From the NCBI GenBank assembly GCA_937919085.1, contig CALFRN010000045.1, positions 435 through 64,434 of the forward strand: 64,000 bases of DNA, given 5' to 3'. Source of the stretch: an uncultured Reyranella sp. (GTDB lineage: Bacteria; Pseudomonadota; Alphaproteobacteria; Reyranellales; Reyranellaceae). The notes under the pieces were generated by a model. That model did not search any database. It worked only from the letters and a program-made list of their open reading frames with translations, and was not told where the DNA came from. This document shows positions 57,180 to 64,000 of this stretch, piece after piece. The position numbers and the translations under genes were made by a program. Positions within the stretch are counted from its first letter, which is position 1. The number at the start of each line of letters is the position of its first letter.

Positions 57180-59579
57180 ATGAACGCCCCCATTCAAGGT
57201 ATCGTCTATCCCGTCCTGCCATTGCGGGACATTGTCGTGTTTCCGGGAATGATAGTCCCGCTCTTCGTTGGCCGCGAAAAGAGTGTGAAGGCGCTCGAAG
57301 AAGTAATGAAGGACGACAAACAAATTCTGCTGATCGCCCAGAAGAACGCCGGCCAGGACGATCCAGGCCCCGATGACATCTACACGATCGGTACGCTCGG
57401 GACGGTTCTGCAATTACTCAAGCTGCCAGACGACACGGTCAAGGTGCTGGTCGAGGGCGGACGGCGCGTCCGCATCACCGGCTACACCGGCCGCGCCGAA
57501 TTCTTCGAGGCGCGTGCCTTGGATATGGAAGATGTGGCCGCTGAGACATCGGAATTGCAGGCTGCTGCACGGACTGTAGTCTCGGAGTTCGAGAACTACG
57601 TGAAGCTGAACAAGAAGGTGCCGCCGGAAGTCGTCGTCTCGATCAACAAGATCGAGGAGCCGGCCAAGCTTGCCGACACGATATCGGCACATCTGGCGCT
57701 CAAGGTTGCGGAAAAGCAGCAACTCCTTGAACTCGACTCGGTCTCCAAGCGGCTGGAGCGTATTCTCGGCCTGATGGAAGGTGAGATCGGCGTATTGCAG
57801 GTCGAGAAGAAAATTCGCAATCGCGTAAAGCGCCAAATGGAGAAGACGCAGCGCGAGTATTATCTGAATGAACAAATGAAGGCGATCCAGAAGGAACTTG
57901 GCGAGACCGAGGACGGTCGCGACGAGGTATCCGAGCTGGAAAAGCGCATCCGCAAGACACGCCTTTCCAAGGAGGCCCGGGAGAAGGCCAACACCGAGCT
58001 GAAGAAACTTCGGACCATGAGTCCGATGTCGGCTGAGGCGACGGTGGTGCGCAACTATCTCGATTGGCTGTTGTCGATTCCGTGGCGCAAGCCGACCAAG
58101 ATCATCAAGGACCTGAAGTACGCCGAGGAAATTCTCAATGCCGATCATCACGGCCTGGAGAAGGTGAAAGAACGCATCCTCGAGTATCTTGCGGTGCAGC
58201 AGCGCGTCGACAAGATGAAGGGTCCGATCTTGTGCCTGGTTGGCCCCCCGGGTGTTGGCAAGACGTCGCTGGGTAAATCGATCGCCAAGGCGACGGGCCG
58301 CAACTTCGTGCGTATGTCGCTGGGTGGCGTGCGGGACGAAGCGGAGATCCGCGGCCATCGCCGGACCTACATCGGCTCGCTGCCGGGCAAGGTCATCCAG
58401 AGCATGAAGAAGGCGAAGTCGTCGAATCCGCTCTTCTTGCTCGACGAGATCGACAAGCTCGGCGCGGACTTCCGCGGCGATCCGTCGTCGGCGCTGCTCG
58501 AAGTTCTGGATCCCGAACAGAACAGCGCTTTCAACGACCACTATCTTGAGGTCGACTACGACCTGTCGAACGTGATGTTCATCACCACGGCGAATTCGCT
58601 TCGGATGGCGCAGCCGCTGATGGATCGCATGGAGATCATCCGTCTGGCCGGCTACACGGAGGACGAAAAACTTGCCATCGCCCGCAAGCATTTGATTGCG
58701 AAGCAGGTTGAGGCAAACGGCTTGAAGGCCGGAGAACTCGACATCCACGACGATGCGGTGCGTGATCTCGTTCGCTACTACACTCGTGAGGCCGGCGTCC
58801 GTAACTTGGAGCGCGAGATCGCCAATCTCGCCCGCAAGGCGACCAAGGAAATCCTCATGAAGGGGGCGACCAAGGTCAAGATCGGACGCAAGAACCTCGA
58901 CAAATACGCAGGCGTGCGGCGTTTCCGTTACGGCGAGGCCGAGCTTGAAGATCTGATCGGCATCACGACCGGCCTGGCGTGGACCGAGGTTGGCGGCGAG
59001 TTGCTGCAGATCGAGGCCGTTCTGGTCCCGGGGCGCGGACGTGTGACCGTCACCGGTAAACTGGGCGACGTCATGCAGGAGTCGGTGCAGGCTGCCAACG
59101 CCTACGTCCGCTCGCGGGCGGCGGTATTCGGCATCAAGCACAATATCTTCGAGAAGCGCGACATCCATGTGCATGTGCCGGAAGGCGCCACGCCCAAGGA
59201 CGGTCCGTCGGCGGGCGTCGGCATGATCACTTCGATCGTCTCGGCGTTGACTGGCGTTGCGGTCCGTAAGGAAGTTGCCATGACCGGTGAGATCAGTCTG
59301 CGTGGCCGCGTTCTGCCGATCGGCGGCCTCAAGGAGAAACTGCTAGCGGCGCTGCGCGGTGGCCTCAAGACTGTGCTCATTCCCAAGGAGAACGAGCGCG
59401 ATCTGCCGGAAATTCCGGACAACGTGAAGAAGGGCCTGGAGATCATTCCAGTTTCGACCGTCGACGAGGTGCTTGCGAAGGCTTTGGTCAAGCCGCTCGT
59501 GGCGGTCGAATGGCCAAATGACCTGGACGCGGTCGCAGGCAAGCCGGCTGATGGCACGGAAGTCATCCGGGCGCACTAA
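57180..59579 (+). CDS. lon: Endopeptidase La (Lon)
   Basis: [21 protein letters not shown] and PKDGPSAG (catalytic Ser) motifs. Confidence 0.99.
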   Translation: MNAPIQGIVYPVLPLRDIVVFPGMIVPLFVGREKSVKALEEVMKDDKQILLIAQKNAGQDDPGPDDIYTIGTLGTVLQLLKLPDDTVKVLVEGGRRVRITGYTGRAEFFEARALDMEDVAAETSELQAAARTVVSEFENYVKLNKKVPPEVVVSINKIEEPAKLADTISAHLALKVAEKQQLLELDSVSKRLERILGLMEGEIGVLQVEKKIRNRVKRQMEKTQREYYLNEQMKAIQKELGETEDGRDEVSELEKRIRKTRLSKEAREKANTELKKLRTMSPMSAEATVVRNYLDWLLSIPWRKPTKIIKDLKYAEEILNADHHGLEKVKERILEYLAVQQRVDKMKGPILCLVGPPGVGKTSLGKSIAKATGRNFVRMSLGGVRDEAEIRGHRRTYIGSLPGKVIQSMKKAKSSNPLFLLDEIDKLGADFRGDPSSALLEVLDPEQNSAFNDHYLEVDYDLSNVMFITTANSLRMAQPLMDRMEIIRLAGYTEDEKLAIARKHLIAKQVEANGLKAGELDIHDDAVRDLVRYYTREAGVRNLEREIANLARKATKEILMKGATKVKIGRKNLDKYAGVRRFRYGEAELEDLIGITTGLAWTEVGGELLQIEAVLVPGRGRVTVTGKLGDVMQESVQAANAYVRSRAAVFGIKHNIFEKRDIHVHVPEGATPKDGPSAGVGMITSIVSALTGVAVRKEVAMTGEISLRGRVLPIGGLKEKLLAALRGGLKTVLIPKENERDLPEIPDNVKKGLEIIPVSTVDEVLAKALVKPLVAVEWPNDLDAVAGKPADGTEVIRAH

Positions 59580-59598
59580 GTACCGCACCTTGGAATTC

Positions 59599-59638
59599 GC
59601 GGCAAAGCCCTGGGTCATTCTGGGGCTTTGTCGCTTTT
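59599..59638 (+). terminator. Rho-independent terminator after lon
   Basis: GCGGCAAAGCCC ... GGGCTTTGTCGC stem followed by TTTT. Confidence 0.75.
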
Positions 59639-59754
59639 GGCCGCAATTTATGTGGCTTGTGGGAAGCCGGCCTACAAAATATGGTATTCGACATTGACGC
59701 CGTTTTCAGGCCGCCCGTACACTTGTGGCTGCTGGACCATGCAGGGGCTCGCCC

Positions 59755-60027
59755 GTGAACAAGCACGATCTGATTGCCGCCGTTGCCGCTTCGACCAACC
59801 TCTCCAAGACCGACGCCGCAAACGCGGTTGACGCCATACTGACCGTTGTCACCAAGTCCTTGAAGAAGAAGGAAAAGGTGTTGCTGGTTGGCTTCGGCAC
59901 CTTTCAGGTTACCAAGCGCAAGGCGGGCGAGGGACGAAATCCTCAAACCGGCGAGAAGATCAAGATTCCAGCGGCGAATGTGCCACGCTTCAAGGCGAGC
60001 AAGACTCTCAAGGATGCGATCAACTAA
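59755..60027 (+). CDS. hupB: DNA-binding protein HU
   Basis: MNKHDLI, LVGFGTF and GRNPQTG..I.IPA motifs; upstream TTGACG-N18-TACACT. Confidence 0.96.
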   Translation: MNKHDLIAAVAASTNLSKTDAANAVDAILTVVTKSLKKKEKVLLVGFGTFQVTKRKAGEGRNPQTGEKIKIPAANVPRFKASKTLKDAIN

Positions 60028-60076
60028 GGCACGGTGAGTGCGACGTACCGTTTCATCGTGTTAAGAGAGAAACGTT

Positions 60077-60152
60077 GGGCGATTAGCTCAGTTGGTAGAG
60101 CATCTCGTTTACACCGAGGGGGTCGGCGGTTCGAGCCCGTCATCGCCCACCA
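60077..60152 (+). tRNA. tRNA-Val(TAC)
   Basis: Acceptor stem GGGCGAT/ATCGCCC, loop TTTACAC, and CCA end. Confidence 0.97.
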
Positions 60153-60284
60153 ACGTTTCGCAGACAGTCCACAGAATCGTGAAAAGCATATAAATACCGG
60201 GCATTTAAGCGCCTCTTCGCGAGTGCGGTATGCTTGACACCCTATAGGGCGTCCTATATCTCTCGCGCGCCGTTTGGGGCTATT

Positions 60285-60361
<77 letters not shown>

Positions 60362-60403
60362 GCCCCAATGCTGGCGGCCCAAAGCGGGGGCGAAGGAGTG
60401 GCG

Positions 60404-60769
60404 ATGGAAGATCTTCTCAGCGAATACCTTCCGATTCTGATCTTCCTTGGTCTCGCCTTCGGATTGGTTTGCGCGATGCTGGGCGGGTCATACCTGATCG
60501 CCCGGCAAAACCCCAATTCCGAGAAACTTTCACCCTTCGAGTGTGGCTTTGCACCGTTCGATGATGCGCGCGGCAAGTTTGACGTTCGCTTCTATCTGGT
60601 TGCGATCTTGTTCATCATCTTCGATCTCGAAGTGGCATTCCTGTTTCCGTGGGCGGTGGCGTTGGGCGACGTCGGCTTGTTCGGCTTCTGGTCGATGATG
60701 CTTTTCCTGGGTGTGCTGACCGTCGGCTTCATCTACGAGTGGCGCAAGGGAGCCTTGGAATGGGAGTAG
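60404..60769 (+). CDS. nuoA: NADH-quinone oxidoreductase subunit A
   Basis: [10 protein letters not shown] and [14 protein letters not shown] motifs. Confidence 0.98.
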   Translation: MEDLLSEYLPILIFLGLAFGLVCAMLGGSYLIARQNPNSEKLSPFECGFAPFDDARGKFDVRFYLVAILFIIFDLEVAFLFPWAVALGDVGLFGFWSMMLFLGVLTVGFIYEWRKGALEWE

Positions 60770-61293
60770 TCGCTCCGACCAAATCCGGTGCTGTCGCGGA
60801 AGCGGCGCTGTCGCGGACCTTGAATGACGAATTGGCCGACAAGGGTTTTGTCGTCGCGCATCTCGACAAGCTGATCACCTGGGCTCGTACCGGCTCGATG
60901 TGGGGGCTGACATTCGGACTGGCGTGTTGCGGCGTTGAAATGATTCACGCCTGGATGAGCCGATACGACCTAGACCGCTTCGGTTTCGCACCGATGCCGA
61001 GCCCACGTGCCGCCGATGTGATGATCGTGGCGGGCACGCTCACCAACAAGATGGCGCCGGCACTGCGCAAGGTCTACGATCAGATGGCCGAGCCGCGCTA
61101 TGTAATTTCGATGGGATCCTGCGCCAACGGCGGCGGTTATTATCACTATAGCTATTCAGTCGTGCGTGGCTGTGACCGCATCGTTCCGGTCGATGTCTAC
61201 GTACCAGGCTGCCCGCCGACGGCCGAGGCGCTGCTCTACGGCATTCTGCAGCTCCAGAAGAAGATACGTCGTACCGGAACACTGGTGCGTTGA
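60760..61293 (+). CDS. nuoB: NADH-quinone oxidoreductase subunit B
   Basis: FGLACC.VEM and [11 protein letters not shown] motifs. Confidence 0.98.
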   Translation: MGVVAPTKSGAVAEAALSRTLNDELADKGFVVAHLDKLITWARTGSMWGLTFGLACCGVEMIHAWMSRYDLDRFGFAPMPSPRAADVMIVAGTLTNKMAPALRKVYDQMAEPRYVISMGSCANGGGYYHYSYSVVRGCDRIVPVDVYVPGCPPTAEALLYGILQLQKKIRRTGTLVR

Positions 61294-61910
61294 TGGACCA
61301 GGGTCTCAAGGAACTCGGCGATCACATCGTCCAGCAGACTGCGGGCGCGGTGACGGTCTGTCACGTGCGTCTCGGGGAGCTGATGCTGGAATGCAGCTCC
61401 GACAAACTGCTCGCATTGCTGGTGTTCCTGCGTGACGATCCCAAGTGCCTGTTCAAGCAGCTGATCGACATCTGTGGCGTCGATTGGCCGGAGCGCGCGA
61501 AGCGCTTCGACGTCGTCTACAATCTGCTCAGCCTGGTCAACAACCAGCGGATTCGGATCAAGGTGGCAACCGACGAGTCGACGCCAGTTCCTTCGGCGGC
61601 ACCCGTATTCAACGCCGCAAGCTGGTTCGAGCGCGAAACCTACGATCTTTACGGAGTATGGTTCTCCGACCATCCCGACCTCCGGCGCATTCTCACGGAC
61701 TACGGCTTCGAGGGACATCCGTTGCGCAAGGATTTCCCGCTTACCGGCTTCGTCGAGTTGCGTTGGGACGACGTGCAAAAACGGGTGGTCTATGAACCGG
61801 TGAAGCTCGCGCAGGAGTTCCGCCGCTTCGACTTCCTCAGCCCGTGGGAAGGCGCACGACAGGCCTTGCCCGGTGACGAGAAGGCCCAGGAAAAGACCGG
61901 GGCGAACTGA
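61293..61910 (+). CDS. nuoC: NADH-quinone oxidoreductase subunit C
   Basis: [11 protein letters not shown] and [10 protein letters not shown] motifs. Confidence 0.98.
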   Translation: MDQGLKELGDHIVQQTAGAVTVCHVRLGELMLECSSDKLLALLVFLRDDPKCLFKQLIDICGVDWPERAKRFDVVYNLLSLVNNQRIRIKVATDESTPVPSAAPVFNAASWFERETYDLYGVWFSDHPDLRRILTDYGFEGHPLRKDFPLTGFVELRWDDVQKRVVYEPVKLAQEFRRFDFLSPWEGARQALPGDEKAQEKTGAN

Positions 61911-61911
61911 C

Positions 61912-63096
61912 ATGTCCGATGTCGAAATCAAGACTCTGACGATGAACTTCGGGCCGCAGCATCCGGCGGCCCACGGCGTTTTGCGCCTGGTCGTCGAGAT
62001 GGACGGCGAAATCGTCGAGCGCTGCGATCCCCATATCGGCCTGTTGCATCGCGGTACCGAGAAGTTGATCGAGTACAAGAGCTACCTGCAGGCCGTGCCG
62101 TACTTCGACCGGCTCGACTACGTGTCGCCGATGTGCCAGGAGCATGCTTACGCCCTGGCGGTCGAAAAGCTGCTGGGCATCACGGTGCCCGAGCGTGGCC
62201 AGTACATTCGGGTACTGTTTGCCGAGATCACCCGCATCCTCAATCATTTGCTGAACGTGACGACGTTCGCGATGGACACCGGTGCCCTGACGCCGCCGCT
62301 GTGGGGCTTCGAGCAGCGCGAACTCCTGATGGAGTACTACGAACAGGTCAGTGGTTCGCGCATGCATGCGGCCTATTTCCGGCCGGGCGGCGTCCATCAG
62401 GATCTACCTGATGGCATGCTCGATTCCATGGACGGTTGGATCAAGCAATTCCGGCCTGTCCTCAAGGACATCGAAGATCTGCTCAACGACAATCGCATTT
62501 TCCGCCAGCGCACGGTTGACATCGGCGTCGTGTCGCGGGAACAGGCGCTCGACTGGGCTTTCTCGGGTCCGTTGATCCGCGCGTCGGGAATTCCCTGGGA
62601 TCTGCGCAAATCACAGCCCTACGACGTCTACGACCGCATGGACTTCGACATACCGGTTGGCAAGACCGGTGACTGCTTCGCCCGTTATCTCGTGCGTGTC
62701 GAGGAAATGTACCAGAGCGTGCGCATCATGGAGCAGTGCATCGAGGCGCTGCGCAAGGTCGGCGGTCCGGTGCGTGTCGACGACCGCAAGATCTCGCCGC
62801 CGCGTCGCGGTGAGATGAAGGACTCGATGGAAGCCCTGATCCATCACTTCAAGCTCTACACCGAGGGCTACAAAGTGCCAGCCGGCGAGACCTATACGGC
62901 GGTGGAGGCGCCGAAGGGCGAATTCGGCGTCTATCTCGTGTCCGACGGCACCAACAAACCCTATCGCTGCAAGATTCGTGCACCGGGATTCCCGCATCTG
63001 CAGGCGCTTGAAATGATGACGAAGGGCCATCAGCTCGCCGACATGTCGGCGAACATCGGCTCGCTCGACATCGTGTTCGGCGAGATCGACCGCTAG
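61912..63096 (+). CDS. nuoD: NADH-quinone oxidoreductase subunit D
   Basis: [19 protein letters not shown] and C-terminal GEIDR motifs. Confidence 0.99.
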   Translation: MSDVEIKTLTMNFGPQHPAAHGVLRLVVEMDGEIVERCDPHIGLLHRGTEKLIEYKSYLQAVPYFDRLDYVSPMCQEHAYALAVEKLLGITVPERGQYIRVLFAEITRILNHLLNVTTFAMDTGALTPPLWGFEQRELLMEYYEQVSGSRMHAAYFRPGGVHQDLPDGMLDSMDGWIKQFRPVLKDIEDLLNDNRIFRQRTVDIGVVSREQALDWAFSGPLIRASGIPWDLRKSQPYDVYDRMDFDIPVGKTGDCFARYLVRVEEMYQSVRIMEQCIEALRKVGGPVRVDDRKISPPRRGEMKDSMEALIHHFKLYTEGYKVPAGETYTAVEAPKGEFGVYLVSDGTNKPYRCKIRAPGFPHLQALEMMTKGHQLADMSANIGSLDIVFGEIDR

Positions 63097-63107
63097 GAGA
63101 CGATGCG

Positions 63108-63689
63108 ATGGCGATGATTACCGCCGATCCCAAGGATGTGCCGAATGTCGAGCACTTCGCCTTCACGCCCGACTACCTGGCAAAGGCGAAGGCGCTGATG
63201 GCGAACTATCCGCCGGGCCGTCAGGCCAGCGCAGTGATTGGCGTGCTCGACCTCGCGCAGCGACAGCAGGGCTGGCTGCCGCGGGTAGCGATGGACGAGG
63301 TCGCCAAGCTCCTCGATATGGCGCCGATCCGAGTCTACGAGATCGCGACCTTCTACACGATGTTCCAGCTCAAGCCGCGCGGGAAGTACCTGCTGCAGGT
63401 CTGCACCACGACGCCGTGCTGGCTGCGCGGCTCGGAGGCGGTGATGAAGGCGTGCCAGCATGCAGCCGACGGTGAGACCTTCAGCGTGCAGGAAGTAGAA
63501 TGTCTCGGTGGCTGCGTGAACGCGCCGGTCGTTCAGATCAACGACGATTTCTACGAGGATCTCGACGAAGCCTCGATCAACAAGGTGCTGGACGCCTTCC
63601 GGCGCGGCGAGACGCCGAAGCCTGGTCCGCAGATCGATCGGCAAACATCGGCGCCGGTCGGCGGCGCCACGACGCTGAGGAGCGAGTAG
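63108..63689 (+). CDS. nuoE: NADH-quinone oxidoreductase subunit E
   Basis: CTTTPC and ECLGGC [2Fe-2S] ligands. Confidence 0.98.
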   Translation: MAMITADPKDVPNVEHFAFTPDYLAKAKALMANYPPGRQASAVIGVLDLAQRQQGWLPRVAMDEVAKLLDMAPIRVYEIATFYTMFQLKPRGKYLLQVCTTTPCWLRGSEAVMKACQHAADGETFSVQEVECLGGCVNAPVVQINDDFYEDLDEASINKVLDAFRRGETPKPGPQIDRQTSAPVGGATTLRSE

Positions 63690-63693
63690 GGCG

Positions 63694-64000
63694 ATGCTCA
63701 GCGACAAGGACCGTATCTTCACCAATCTCTACGGTGCACATGACTGGCACCTGGCCGGCGCGCGCGCGCGCGGTGCCTGGGATAATACCAGGGCCATCCT
63801 CGACAGAGGCCCCGACGGCATTATCGACGAGATGAAGAAGTCGGGCCTGCGCGGCCGCGGCGGTGCCGGATTTCCGACGGGCCTCAAATGGTCCTTCATG
63901 CCAAAGGAAGTTAAGGACCGTCCGCACTATCTGATCGTCAACGCCGACGAGTCGGAGCCCGGTACCTGCAAGGATCGCGACATCCTGCGGCACGATCCGC
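63694..64000 (+). CDS. nuoF: NADH-quinone oxidoreductase subunit F (5' part, truncated by window)
   Basis: [34 protein letters not shown] and [13 protein letters not shown] motifs. Confidence 0.98.
   Translation, partial: MLSDKDRIFTNLYGAHDWHLAGARARGAWDNTRAILDRGPDGIIDEMKKSGLRGRGGAGFPTGLKWSFMPKEVKDRPHYLIVNADESEPGTCKDRDILRHDP

Noticed and set aside
57414-59174. Long antisense ORFs (586 aa opposite lon; also 760 aa at 32077-34359, 502 aa at 1481-2989 and others)
   Set aside because: These are typical shadow ORFs opposite real genes in high-GC DNA, with no recognisable motifs.

Overview
A GC-rich alphaproteobacterial chromosome segment. The organism is probably Rhodospirillales- or Reyranella-like; this is inferred from gene content and from a tRNA-His that keeps G-1/C73. 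Bases 1-46 kb are a dense mosaic of accessory metabolic genes: a SulP-USP pair with a structured leader, an acyl-CoA ligase/P450 pair, PP2C, asparaginase II, xth-erpA, a CHASE2 adenylate cyclase, acyl-CoA enzymes, an orphan Rieske oxygenase, a GH17 membrane protein, a form II coxGSLM cluster, a TetR-controlled RND pump, PhoD and TauD. Bases 46-64 kb are the conserved core block glnA-glnB ... nnr-tRNA-Leu-tig-clpP-clpX-lon-hupB-tRNA-Val-tRNA-Asp-nuoA-F, where nuoF is cut by the window edge. I found no CRISPR array, rRNA, transposase or intact prophage, and no clearly novel multi-gene system is proven. The best leads are: (1) an ~820 bp non-coding interval at 43.3-44.1 kb with a promoter-like element, several strong hairpins, GGTGTGACAC repeats and a possible lysozyme remnant; (2) three tandem paralogous TetR-like genes with no adjacent target, placed between glnB and tRNA-His; (3) a switch-like leader upstream of sulP; (4) a Ser/Thr kinase C-terminal remnant; (5) a 16-bp tandem repeat that places stop codons in all three frames. 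All product calls come from motif recognition by eye, and no database search was run.
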